The notes under the pieces were generated by a model that saw only the letters and a list, made by a program, of their open reading frames with translations, did not search any database and was not told the DNA's origin. Below are positions 39,240 to 52,041 of a stretch of DNA of 64,000 nucleotides, piece by piece. The stretch spans positions 47,126,401 to 47,190,400 of the forward strand of contig CM120641.1 of the NCBI GenBank assembly GCA_051362555.1, read 5' to 3'. Each line of letters begins with the position of its first letter. Positions within the stretch are counted from its first letter, which is position 1. This stretch comes from Lingula anatina (Eukaryota > Animalia > Brachiopoda). A program made the translations under genes and the position numbers.

Positions 39240-41055
39240 GGGGGAAGCAGGGGGATCTCTTCTACGAATAATGAATTAAAGGTTTCTACTAACTCTTTCA
39301 CAACTGAATGCCATTGCATACTAAGGTCAGAATGAAATTTTATGCAATAAGACAATTTTCCAAAAATTTCAAAAAGTAAAGTTCCTACTTAGAAATAACA
39401 GTCTGTTTTGTCTCCATGTGATAGCATACTGGTATAGGTACGCCCCATGCCCTCTGTCTGGAGATACACCAATAGGGTCGGCCTCTTAAGAGACCTGACA
39501 TGTCTTGCTTGTAGCGCGGAGGGGACATTTCTATGTCCTCTAGAAGGGACTGAAGAGAAAAATGAAATGTTAGAATTACAAAAGGAAGTTCTGTTCTTTA
39601 CTCCGTAATATAATGCTTTGTACACTAAAGTATGTGATTCCCTGAGTCAAAGTATGTCATTCTCTTCACATTAAACCAGGAATTGACATTCTATACATAT
39701 TCTACTTATTTTTCAAAATTTATTTAGGTGTGATGTACTGTTAATGGCATATTTTAATAAAAACAAAAAATGTATCCATACTGAGTGCTTAAATAGTGTC
39801 ATAATACCTACCCTGAATAATACCTAGCATAAGCAATGACAAGGAAAAAACGGCACAAGTTTTAAAGTAAAAATCAGCACATACCAGAGCCCTTTCCTTG
39901 ATCTTTTCTGTGGCTATGAACCACTGTCTGCTGGCTCTGATGATCACAGGCTTGTCAGTTCTCCAGTCGTAGGGGTAACTGTGTTCAAATAGTTCTTGAT
40001 GCAGAACATTACTTACCAGCATGTCAATAACTATTAGACAGAAGAAAACAAGGTTTTAAGAAGCACTTAAAAATTGTAGCATGAATGTTGTATGTCATCT
40101 TACAGGTAAGTAATAAAATAAAATGTATATCATTTTAACATGCTACTGCACATCATCAAATACCATCACAGCTGATTAGAGGAAGAAACAAATCATTTAA
40201 AGATTGATAAACAACAGTCTGCATATGTGGGCAACAGCAGCAATGATACAATTCTGTTATCATTTCACTGCTCAAGTGTCAATTCCTATCAACTCATATA
40301 TTAGACTGAGTTCCTATGCCTTGATCGATCCACCTGGATCAGTCTAACTCCCTGGGGAGTCTCACATAATTGCTATCAACTACCCGGCTTAAATGTCTGT
40401 CAAACCTACCTAATCAGCTAGGGGGTGAAGATAATTACCCCCTAACAGCTTTACCAGGCGTGACAGACATTTAAGCCAGTTAAGTTGATAGCAATGTAGT
40501 GAGACTCCCCAGGGAGATTGATTGATCCAAATATCTGTGGGAATGGTCCCATAGTGTTACCTTTATTGTTTCCATCTGCCAACACATTCTTGCCATGCAG
40601 CTCTTCTCCTGCTTCCACAGTAAAACACCCATTTTCATCCACAAGACTTGTCTGAAAGGCATTTAAACAAGGTATTGTTACTATGTCACAATTAATCCAA
40701 GTCCTAACAAAGACATGGCCGGGCTAGGAGAAGATTTTACAGGAGATGTTATTTTGAGACTGTACTACCGTTTCTGCAAAAACTCATCAGCATTATCTGA
40801 TGCAGGTTCATAAGACCATCAGACTTTCAATTGGAATTTTATTTTGTTTAATTTTTTTGATCATAAAAAAAGTACAAAAATTGTACTCATTTGAGTCAAG
40901 GAGGGTTTGACTGAACATCACCCAACCCCTGCCTGTGAGTACATTATATTTTATTTTAGATCATAAAATGATTAAAATTCTAGCAAGGTTTTATTACAAG
41001 AAAATCAATGAGATATTAGCAAAATACATAAAAAGATTTCAGCTTATTTTCTGAA

Positions 41056-41133
<78 letters not shown>

Positions 41134-44100
41134 GTACTAATTTTAACCTATTCTAAAAATAATGTATCAATTTACTTATGACATTTCACAAATATTTCAA
41201 ATCTTCACATGAAAGCTTGTCCGACTTTTCTTAGTTTCCGTGACTGTCCTCAGACCTTAAAATTTCAAAAAAAAAAAAAAAACAAAAAACAAAAAAAAAA
41301 AAAAAAGATTTCTTCTTACATAACTTATAAATTCCTGAAACAAGACAACATTAAAAACCAGAATCCAAAAGAAATTTCAGGCTTTGGTAATTAATTATGA
41401 TTTTATTGACACTTTCCTTCCAATCAATTTGTAAAATTGATAAAACGCAGTTTTACACAGCTGGTGATGAATTACCAAGTTTTCTAGAACTTGTAGGGCA
41501 CTCCCACATAATGAAATGAAAATGAACATGGTCAAAAGTATATCAAGTTAAATAGCCACTGAGCAAGTCACATCTGTAAACTGATGTAAGAAAGGGTAAG
41601 CTAAACATAATATGTTCATGTAATCTTATTAATTTAAAACCAATGGCACAGTTCCTGCACCAAATTGTCTGCTTTCACAATACATTCCATTAGGTATTAT
41701 TATCAACTAACTCCAGTGTTATATTGTTTCCATAGAGACGAGTAATTGCATGTCAACAGTTATTTGTTTATTTTACAAATAGTGCTGACCAAGTCTTGGA
41801 ACTTAATAAAATCAACACATATACCACATCAAAGAACAGCTCACCACATCTCTCTATAGGTAGAACACCACATCTCTCTATAGGTAGATCCTGTGGTTAC
41901 AGAAATACCATACATTGTTGACAAGTTGTAGCAAGGTTTTGTCTGATATCTTATTGATATACAGACCAATAAGCTGGCTCAATTTGACACAAGAAGTAAA
42001 AGCCCCCCCCCCCCTTTCATTCACACAACAACATATGCCTACAAAACAAGACTTAATCTTTTCCGTGACACCCCCCCCCTCCCCTGTTTAGCTGAAACAA
42101 AAAAGTCAGTGTTATCTTCAGTCAGGTATAGATAATGATGTTTTTGACATCCATCATCTAATAATTAAGACAGAGAAATTCCATAAATCACTCACACCTC
42201 CTTCAAGAATACAAGCCTAATGTCTGTCAAATTTCAAGAACAAATACCAAACTGCTTGAAGCAAATTAAGTCACTGTATTCCAGATTGCGGCAACTTATT
42301 ATAATTGAGACATATAGTTCAAAGAACCTGACTAGCACCAATATTAAGCTGTTATTTGAGATAATTTGCATTGTTACTGTTACACTTTCATTTTAAACTG
42401 CAGCTTTTGGACATATTAATATGAAATACCTCCACTCATTCATAAGCTGCTTAATTCATCAGCGTATAAACAAAATTGAAAGCCTCAACCCTACACAAAC
42501 GTAAAGGAATAATAGCCAGTAGAGCACAGCACAAAAGATGGCCACTGTGAATAACAGGACCCGACAATGGTCCTACACAGTAATACGCTTTCTCTGTTAC
42601 AAAATCAATTCATAGTCCAAATTATAAATAAATAAAGTGTTGAGCAAACAGAAATGAACAGAACATGAGTGTGCTAGGGCACTGCCATCGACTTTACAAA
42701 AGAATGTGAGCCAGATTTATTAGTCATTTTATTCGTTCTCCTAAGCTCTGGACGGAGCAGATTATAGATATATGGTAAGTAAATTACTTTTTAGTCCATG
42801 TTATTCACCTAAAAAGGTGTCATATCACAAATAATTTATTAGACTAATTTTGATACAAAACAAAAATGATAGACGACTAAAAATAAACCATCCCTTGCTT
42901 GCAGATTCCAAAATAGTTTTGCTGTTCTTAATGAAAAAATTAATAAAAGAATCATGCAACTAGTTCCATCAATTTTGAGAAAAAAGTGATTAAGGACTGC
43001 ATAAAACTGGAGATGAATTTTTGGACATTTTGTCATCATTGCAAACAAACCTTATCATGCTTTTAATACACGTCTATAGTGTACATTATGTCATTCAAAC
43101 AGTGCCTAATCTAGTGTGGTTATGACCACTGTAGCAGTGCATTAACTTAGAAACTGGGTTATCAGCAAAGGAGTAAATACCTGGACTGCTCTTGTCAGTA
43201 CTTAATTTGGACATCAATGGTCACTCTGATGACAAATCAATACAAATGTGATTCACTTCATTGGCTGCTGCCCACCAGTGACTTTTATTACCGAGTATAA
43301 AAATGAGATGTATTAGTCAGCTTAAAGCTTTAGCTCACTTTGACGGACATGTAACATTACCATACGTGATATCTTTTTGTTTCAGTGAAAATGGTTCTCT
43401 TTCTCAAAGTACTTGGTAACATTGGGAACTCAGTGAAGAAAGGCGATGGCGACTTTTTTCTTCGCCTGAACTACTTCCATACCCCAATCGTCCTTGTTGC
43501 TGTGACAGTGATTTCATTTCTGGTTTTTGTCTACGCTCCAATGTTTGGATCTCCAGCCGTGAACTGCTGGACCCCAGGACGCTATCGCCCAGCTCACGAG
43601 GAGTACACGAAATTTGTGTGCTCGCTTTACGGCTCTGGCTACAAGTACACACTGGAACTGAACAAGTACCAACAAGGAATTGGGGTTCCACCACCAAAGC
43701 CTCTGGATCAGAAATATCAACAGAGACCAGACTACAGAGTTTCAGTGATACTCCTGTTGTTTCAAGCCATCTTATTCATCATTCCAATCTTTATCTGGAA
43801 GGCTGCTGTTTGCAATACAGGAATAACTGTTCCAGATTTTACAAATGAGGAAAGTGAAAAGCCAAAAGAGAAGTTTATCGAACAGTTTGACAAATACTCC
43901 AACAGCTCTGACGAGGAGAGAGAAAATATCAAAAGATGTAGTTCTAGCTTTTGCTTTGGTGTCAATCGCTTCTTTGGATGTTTTCTTCTTTCAGTCTTCA
44001 TTGCACTAAAGTGCTGGTACATTGGTAATATCTTTTTACAACTCGCATTCATATTTGGTCCTCAGGCAAACTATGCAACCTCAATAAGTGATATATTCAA

Positions 44101-47100
44101 TTTCAGTGACACACAAACATCTTTTGTGGTGGAATATTTCTGCGACTTTAGAATCATGGAGAATAACGTTGCCATTCACAAGCACACAGTGCAGTGTGTT
44201 GCCAGTACGTTTGCTATCCAGCTCACACAGGGCTTGTATACTGCCCTTGTCATGTGGTTAGTGGTTCTGTTTTTCGCCAACTGCTACAGCCTCTTGTCTT
44301 GGGTGTTCTATCTTTGGCGCATATATACACCCATCAAACAAAGTCTTATTTACACAAATGAAAATGAACACCTCATGCAGGAATTCATAGATGACTACCT
44401 CAAAAAAGACGGAGTGTTGCTCCTAGGGATGATAGACAGAAATACAGCTGCAAATAATGGGCAAGCAACTGGAATTTTGGAGGGTTTGTGGAAGCAGTAT
44501 CTTAAAAAGAGACATTTTATTAGAGCCACTGCACCTGACCCTAGTGAAACATATCCACTGAGACCCTAGGGTCACAAACTGTATTAGACCATTATACAGT
44601 CATACTGACAAAATATCATTATCATGGAAATTACAATGTTTTTTTCTTACTCCAACATCATGTCTTAAACTTAACATGTCTAACACAGAATTACATTCTA
44701 GCAAGCTGATTCTGAGCAGGTTTTTTCTCACTTAAAAGTAATTTAATCACTCTCATAATGAAGAAAGAGACAGGTGAACTTCATGAGTTTTTAGATCATC
44801 ATTTTTTAATGGTTTTGGATAGGGCATACCTTAATGAGGAAAGAAATATTGCTGAAATTTCTATGAATTTGTTATAAAGGTCTAACATGCATTGTACTTA
44901 TCCCCTTAAAAACAGGTAGAGATCTATACTCTCTGCTACAACTGTGCCTCATCAGTAAAGATGTCTGATTGGCTGGAGTATTCTTTAAATTCAGAAAATT
45001 TTACTATTTATTTTAGATGATATTAACAGTGGATGTAAATAGAAGTATATGTAGTCACACCACTTGTTGACAAAAAGTTGAAGCAAAGACAAAGCACTGA
45101 CTGGTTCAGTAGTACACTATTCACTGTAAATAAATAACTATAATCTGTCAATGGGCAATGTGATCTGGACTGTAATGCCAATCATATTTCAGTTAAAGGA
45201 GCCAGTGTAAATATTTAGCAAACAGTGTAGCTTGATATGAATACTAAGATAAGAATAAATGCAAGTACAATTTCTTTTTTGTCTAAAAAAAAAAGCAGAA
45301 ATTGTTTTATATTTTGACCAATAATCAAGTTAAAAAAAAGATTCTGCATTGCTAGGGAAAATATCTAATTAAAATTAAGTTAAGAAAAGAAAAGAAAAAA
45401 TTAATAATGAAACAAATAATTATTGAAAATGTTAGCAACTTGACTGCATTCAGGTTATATCTGATGGCATGAGGACAGAGTCATTTAGACAATAAGGTTG
45501 ACAGCTGTAGAAAAATGTCAATATTCTTCAACACTGCACAGGCTTCCTACTGTAGCATATTTACACAACTGTGATTGCTATTAAATAACTCATTAACCAT
45601 TTGTTGTCCTTGTAAAATGCATTTTTGTACAGACAATAAACTTATTGATGTCTACTTCTTAGACTCGGGTACCATTTAATTTGGGGCAATATAATTGTTG
45701 TCCTGCCTTCATACATAAATAATGTTATTTAAGATGGGTTTCTTTCCTCAAATATTTGCTGAGGTGTACTCAACAATAACATAACATCACCCATTGTGAC
45801 TTTTACACAATGTTTAACAAAAAATATACGGTAAAGGTTCAATCTTTTCAGTGGGCAAAACTTATTTTTATCTTTTAGATAAAAATTTTTGGAATAATCA
45901 AAATGACATTTCTATATAGCATTTATTGTGCATTCATGCATAAAAAGAACTATTGGGTAGCCTGCTTTTAAACTGTTTTGCTACCACTTAATAGGAATGT
46001 TTTTATTATAGGAATTTTTGGCTTGAAATAATACAATGTCAGATTCTGAAAAATTTAACAATTTTCCACAGAATCCACACTGAAAAGATCAAACCATTAC
46101 CATACAATTTTATATTAATAGAGGATTTTAAAATTAGCCTGAAAACAAAAAAGACAGCCAAAGATGTTAAATCAATATCAACTTATTCTACAATTTGCTT
46201 ATTTGTTGTCTGTGTTTATTCTTATTTGTCAAATTTTGCCACTGACATTTCTTTTCCTTTTCTTTATTGCACACGGAATTTTATTTAGTCACACACATAA
46301 AAAAAAAAGGCTAGCTTAGTTGACAAATGTGCAAAAATATCTTTAACAATATATCCCTGTATTGATACTGCATATCAATATATTGCTATACACTTAAATG
46401 AAATTACTGTGCCTGCCTTACAAGTAAGTAAGGATTAGTTAAAACATAATGGGAGTAATTTGGTTACTTTATCACAGTAAACCATGAAATATTTACTACA
46501 CTAGCTGATCAATTACAACCCTTTTGTGACACTGGGCACACAGACATGCTGAAACTGTTGGTCCGTCGGTCATGACTGGGAAATTTGTCTGGACCAGTAG
46601 CAAATTGGACATGGTTGGTCCAAAGGACTGATGAGAGTTTTAAGAACTGCAATTTTGAATTTACAGTCATCATTGGACATACTTCACTAATAAAATTATA
46701 TAAAACTCAAAACGTTTTTTTTCCTTTCATTACAAACCTATCACATTCACAAACAAAGTAAGCTACCTAATCGTACTGGTAGTATCTGTCTCAAATGAAT
46801 AGGGCGACTTTCAGTCTGACAAAAATCCATTCGGTCTGGCAAATTTTTCATTACTGATGGTCCAAATATCCAGACATTCCGAAAAGTTTTCAGCATGTAC
46901 GGGCACAACGGGGCCATCCATTTTAATTCTCATCATTTTCACAAATATACAAAGAACACACTTTTTCCAAACCCCCTCCCCCTTTCAGAGAGTACAAGGT
47001 GAAAAGTTTAAAATGATGATCTTTGACAGCAGTTTGGACTGTCGTTTTTATTCCTTTTCAAAAGTATACAATGGGCTTGGTTTGTAGACATGAAAATGAT

Positions 47101-50100
47101 AAATTAAATAAATTTAAAATGGAAGACCTTTCGCTGTTCTAGTAAACAGGCTTAAGCTTTAAACTGAAAGAAAAAAAGAATTCAAAGAAAAAACAACTTA
47201 CAGCTCCAATATGGTACTCTTTGCACACACAAAAGTCGTCATGGCCATGTGCTGGTGCTGTGTGAACCAGACCTGTACCCTTCCCCCCTGCCACATGGGG
47301 TCCTGGCAGGAAGGGGCGGTGGGTGGTATCAGGTTGTAGTGGGTGTACATAGGTAGTACCATCCAGAAGGTCACCTAGGTATGTTATAAAAGAGCCAATC
47401 ATCAAGAACTATCCCAATAGACACCTGTATGAGTAATAATTGATATGCAAATTCTCAACATTTTGAAATTTCTGCTGTGTTTGTTATGTTTTAACATAAT
47501 CATTAAAATATGTCATCCTTTGGAGTGTATTATTAAACTTAAATGTTAAAAACAATTATTATTGACTTACCCTGAAATTCAGCAAGCACTGTAAACTGTG
47601 TGTTGAGGAGTTGTCTCATGTGGTCTATCACATTAGTGCCCAGGATGTATACCCGCCCAGTTGTCTCACATCTTACTACACCATAGCTGGAAGTGAAGTC
47701 AAGATTATGATGTTGGTTTATAGCAAAGAATATCATCTACTAAACAGACAAATTTCCATCAGAATATTCCAAATCAAATTCAATTGTTTGACTTAACAAT
47801 CAATTACATACCACCATTTTTAGGTGTAGTTTGAGATTTTATCAGCATTGGTTTGATTGTGTTAGAGAAGACACTGTGCACAGTAGATTGCAATTATCAC
47901 AAACAATTAAAAAACCTTTGAAAAAATTCAAATCTTCAAACTCAACATCCTTTTCACCAAAGAAAGCCCCCTGGGAAGTATATAAAGTCAAACAAATTTA
48001 TGGTTTGGGAGTTATGGGGTGAAAGACCTAAATTACATGAAAATAATTCTTTTTAAAAAACCTCGTATATTTGATGTAAAACAAGCATACAGTTTGGAAG
48101 TCAAAGGAATGGACAATTGTCTTAAACAGCAACAACGAAGATGACTGATGACACAGTCATTAGAAGACTTATGCTACAAAGGCTAAAATCCAGTGTGCCT
48201 AAAAATCAAGATCAAAACTTCCATGAACTATGGGGAAGTCACATAACAAATCCTAATCAAATGCATAGCATGGCACTGCCATTTAGTGAAAAGGTTGGAA
48301 ATATGGCATGGGGGCCAGTGTGCTGCCTAGGCCAATGATATTTTTGGCTCCCAAAAGTGGGAACTTTGCTGCTTGTTGGAAAAATCTCATCCTTGAGTTA
48401 AGAACCTCCATATGTCAGGCATTATCAACACTGATTGCAACAAGGCTGTACTTACTTGAGCTGTGGACTGTAGCAGATTGCGGCATTGCCAGGGAGAGTC
48501 CATGGTGTCGTGGTCCATATGACAGCAAACAAGTTATCAGGACAGCTGCCTTCAAGATTGAATGAAAAGATGAAGAATGGACTCCACTCAAGTTCTTTGG
48601 CTTAATTGCAATTAGGTTAAAATGTAAATCAAGTTGAGAGATATGAAGTCTGTGGGAAATGAACCAACCAACAAACCAATCCCCCCCCTCGTTAACACTT
48701 GAGGTGTTCTGGCATATACCTCTCAGGTAAAAGTATTATTTCAAACATAATGTATGAGCATTTAAGGACATGACATCTGAAATTCAGAATAAATGAATAT
48801 CATCATACCTAAAAGTGTGGTAAGAGCAGTGGAGGTGTGTGCTACTTTAACCTGCAGGTATATTGCAGTGCTCTTGTGATCTGAGTGGTACTCTAGCTCT
48901 GCTTCAGCCAAGGCAGTTCTGAAATTGAAGAGATATTTATTATATTGATAGTTTCAAGTTTTTACTTGCAATGACAGATACTTAACTAGAGGAACAGAGA
49001 GGTGATATTACCTTCTGAATGTGTATTATCAGATGGTTTAAGCATATCAAAGGGATAATGGCATATTATTAAAACTAAAGAGGTGTTATGAAATGATCTC
49101 AATTTACACACATATTGACAGAAACACCTGTGAAAATTTACCTTTAATCCACAACCAGCAAACAGTGCAGTGTATAGCTATTTTTTCTGGTTAATTGTGT
49201 ATGAACTGACATGCTCAAACCAGTGATGAGATGTACTTGGAACTTTTCAACCACGTAAATAAAAATTTGGTCAAAAGTTTACTTGTTAAATCAAGGCTTT
49301 GCAAACATGACAAAACTTTACTTTGGCTAGTACAATAAAACGTACATTACCATCTTCATGAAAACATACTACTGATTTGGTTAAAAAAATTACTAACAAA
49401 AACAAAGCCAATATTATAAATCCAAGAACACATGTCTCTATGGCTTCGTTCACATGCAATGTCTATTTTCTAAATTCTATTTTCTATTCGCGCTATCTTA
49501 TGATCACGGTCTGTGCACTGAATATCCCGCGGCGTAATTACTGGCAGCGCGAGCCAGTTACTTATAGTAACTTATAGTAACTGGCTCGCGCTGCCAGTAA
49601 TTACGCCGCGGGATATTCAGTGCACAGACCGTGATCATAAGACATACCGAAAATAGAAAATAGAATTTAGAAAATAGACATTGCATGTGAACGAAGCCTA
49701 TGTCAGGAAGTGAGAGCAGTTACCCTACCTGGAAGAAGGGGACCAATAGACAGGCATGAAGTCATCGTAAATGTACCCCTAGAAAAAACAACAGAGAGTG
49801 AAACATCTATTTCTCAGATTGTAAGCATACACCAGAAAATGTTGAACCTAACAATATCATCAATGTTTGGTGTCCAATACAGTAATTTTCAGAAAATGAG
49901 TGAGTAAAATATAAATTCTGAAGCTGTAAATTTTTCTGGGCAGTTTACCTTTTTAAACATGTCATAAAATGCTGTCAACTGGTTGGCTTCATAGTCTTTA
50001 TCAAAGGTAAAGTAGCGCCCTTTAGACCAATCTGCCATTATTCCCCACTGCTCAAATGATGCTGTCTGAACCTTGATAGCTTTTTCTGCAAACTTCCTGG

Positions 50101-51970
50101 CTGAAAATTAAATCTTCCATATTTAATTTAAATTATACAAACACAATTGAATCCTACCCTATGAAAAATATTGTCAGATATCATTAAACCATTATTTAAA
50201 AGCACTTCACTATAAAATGAAAGAGAAGTGCATATTTGAAAGCACAATGAATTGAGACCAGATGGAAAACTTCTGAATCGTGTATATGTGATGCCATCAG
50301 TTTGGAAATAGTAACCCCTAGCTAACAACATATTAGCTTACAAAATATCAGAGTAGAAAATTGACAAATATATTAAAAGTGATTGTACGTGCAATGTACA
50401 GACTATGCTGAGAGTCCTGGGTACCTACCTCTCTTCCTAATATCCTGGGGAGAAACTGTTTTAAAATCTGCTGCATCTTTTCCCAGTGCCTTCAACTCTA
50501 TAGGCAACCCATGGCAGTCCCAACCAGGCACATAGTGCACCTTGTACCCCCTGAGAATTTTGTACCTGTTGACTACATCTTTCAGGATCTGCAATAATTT
50601 CACCAACATGGATTAAAGGGGTATCTATAGGTCTTCTTAAACTACCTCAACAGACAACTAAATGGACACAACTACAATGTAGTCCATTTTCAACAAAAAA
50701 AATTATCTACTGGAACTTCAAATACTCTTTTAGTTTGATGAGGAATTAAATTTTTTCCAATTACATTTTTCCATATTATTGACTGAAAGTCTGCATATGT
50801 GTAGTTTTAAACAGTAAAAGGATTTCAAATATTTCCAATTACCTTGTTTACTGCATGCCCAACGTGGGGATCTCCATTAGCATAAGGCGGTCCATCGTGC
50901 AAGATGAAATCATCAGTTCTGTCTTGCTGTTTCTGCTGCCAGGAGTAAAGTTCATCAAATCCACATGACTAGAAAATAGAGGAAAAATCATCTTTCTGCT
51001 TTTTCCATAATCCACAATTTTAGAAGGAAAACTTATTGAAAGTGATTTCTTCTATGCATGCTACTCAATTAAATATAACAAGTATAGTTGGACAATTGGC
51101 AGATTTGTATAACCTCCAGTACAGAAGTTTGGTTAAATGACTCAACAAAAATCATTTAAAAAATGACAACCACTGAACAAAAAAAGCAAATAATCATAAT
51201 ATAGTAAGCTGTGCTTTCCTCACCACATTTGCATGTACTATACTAGCTCTGCAGAAATAAGCATTTGTATGTGCATGCAATTTTGTGATTTGAATAAGCC
51301 TTAGGAGCAAGCCCCATGTACAAGGGTTTGAGGGAAGTACAAGGGGGGGGGGGGTGGACGTTCATTTATGTTTATTCATTTAGATCCATTTACACATTTG
51401 CTCAGAATCTAAACAGTTCCATTGCTTGTACCAATACTAGGACTTAAGCAGCAATTTAAGAAAAAGAAGTACAAGGGATAATTAATTATCGTCTAACAGC
51501 TTCAGTAGGAGTGTCAGACACCCAAGCCGCTTAAGCTGAAAGCAATTTAGCGAGAAACCCCTCGGAGATGGATCGATCCTGTTACCATTAGATCGATCTA
51601 AGTATGGGAACTTGATCAGTCCTAATAGGCTGTACACCCATCGTTCCTACACCCAACAGAATTAATGAAAAGAAAATGTGTAAATGTGAGACTCTTCTTC
51701 ACTTCAATTATCAACCTTAAATGTATGAGCTTTGTCTCAAAATGAATGCAGCTAAATCCTAACCTTCTGAACTTTGAGTTCTGTGGCTGGTAGATTTTTA
51801 AGACGTTTTCCTGTGTGAAGCAGCGGTTCAAGCTCTCGAGGAAACTTGGGGTGATTTAGACTGTCTGTGTATGGCTTGTTACTACTAGAATTACTGGCTT
51901 TATCTGCAAAGGATCTTAACTTCAAACGTCTAAGATACAATGCTGGTTTTGTATACACGGTCTTCCACAT
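34607..51970 (-). CDS. IARS2: Mitochondrial isoleucine--tRNA ligase
   Basis: 23 exons: 51764-51970, 50843-50968, 50429-50588, 49949-50100, 49729-49778, 48809-48918, 48456-48549, 47571-47686, 47202-47374, 40561-40651, 39885-40030, 39389-39549, 38959-39061, 38629-38722, 38021-38129, 37566-37668, 37009-37134, 36662-36793, 36387-36490, 36017-36162, 35612-35802, 35117-35264, 34607-34758. Motifs [74 protein letters not shown] and C-terminal CPRC...CDRC; Arg/Lys-rich N-terminal presequence. Confidence 0.96.
38084..38293. repeat. 71-bp tandem triplication of an IARS2 3' splice site plus exon start
   Basis: AGCATAAAGATC recurs at 38101, 38172 and 38243 (period 71). The first unit contains the real exon start; the other two lie in the upstream intron. 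Confidence 0.88.
39175..39237. repeat. (TG)n microsatellite
   Basis: Directly visible. Confidence 0.95.
40305..40550. mobile_element. Dispersed MITE family, diverged copy 3
   Basis: CTAACTCCCTGGGGAGTCTCAC ... GTGAGACTCCCCAGGGAG inverted symmetry, related to copies 1 and 2. Boundaries approximate; ends ~10 bp from an IARS2 donor. Confidence 0.6.
41059..41130. repeat. (AT)n microsatellite
   Basis: Directly visible. Confidence 0.95.
43391..44569 (+). CDS. Divergent innexin, CDS in one exon, nested antisense in IARS2 intron 9
   Basis: 392 aa from ATG 43391 (acceptor TTCAG at 43381-43385; probable UTR-exon donor at 42775). Four hydrophobic segments; [68 protein letters not shown]; two Cys in each extracellular loop. 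Confidence 0.9.
   Translation: MVLFLKVLGNIGNSVKKGDGDFFLRLNYFHTPIVLVAVTVISFLVFVYAPMFGSPAVNCWTPGRYRPAHEEYTKFVCSLYGSGYKYTLELNKYQQGIGVPPPKPLDQKYQQRPDYRVSVILLLFQAILFIIPIFIWKAAVCNTGITVPDFTNEESEKPKEKFIEQFDKYSNSSDEERENIKRCSSSFCFGVNRFFGCFLLSVFIALKCWYIGNIFLQLAFIFGPQANYATSISDIFNFSDTQTSFVVEYFCDFRIMENNVAIHKHTVQCVASTFAIQLTQGLYTALVMWLVVLFFANCYSLLSWVFYLWRIYTPIKQSLIYTNENEHLMQEFIDDYLKKDGVLLLGMIDRNTAANNGQATGILEGLWKQYLKKRHFIRATAPDPSETYPLRP
46541..46900. mobile_element. Degenerate hAT-like non-autonomous element
   Basis: ACATGCTGAAA ... TTTCAGCATGT inverted termini with GGGCACA on both flanks. Confidence 0.45.
49442..49698. mobile_element. Palindromic (foldback) Harbinger-like MITE
   Basis: About 120-bp arms GGCTTCGTTCACATGCAATGTC...GAGCCAGTTAC and their reverse complement; centre is TTATAGTAAC twice; TAT on both flanks. 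Confidence 0.85.
51478..51612. mobile_element. Partial copy of the same MITE family
   Basis: TTAATTATC...ACAGCTT..AGTAGG...CAGAC...GATCGATC...TAGATCGATCTAAG...GGGAA matches one half of the family. Boundaries approximate. Confidence 0.45.
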
Positions 51971-52041
51971 CACGTGTAGCCTTCAGATTTTGTTAGTCTG
52001 CTTTGCACGTCCTCAGACATGTTTCAATGGACTAGCGCCAT
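51970..52041 (-). promoter_or_regulatory. Two tandem uORFs upstream of the IARS2 start
   Basis: CAAG-ATG GCG CTA GTC CAT TGA (52041-52024), then ATG TCT...ACG TGA (52020-51970) whose stop overlaps the main ATG (TGATG). Inclusion in the transcript is inferred. Confidence 0.55.

Noticed and set aside
43385-43390. GTG start given by the ORF track for the innexin
   Set aside because: The G at 43385 is the last base of a splice acceptor; the ATG at 43391 is the plausible start.
43404-44052. Overlapping ORFs of 68-97 aa in other frames of the innexin
   Set aside because: Shadow ORFs of a real coding sequence with no independent signals.
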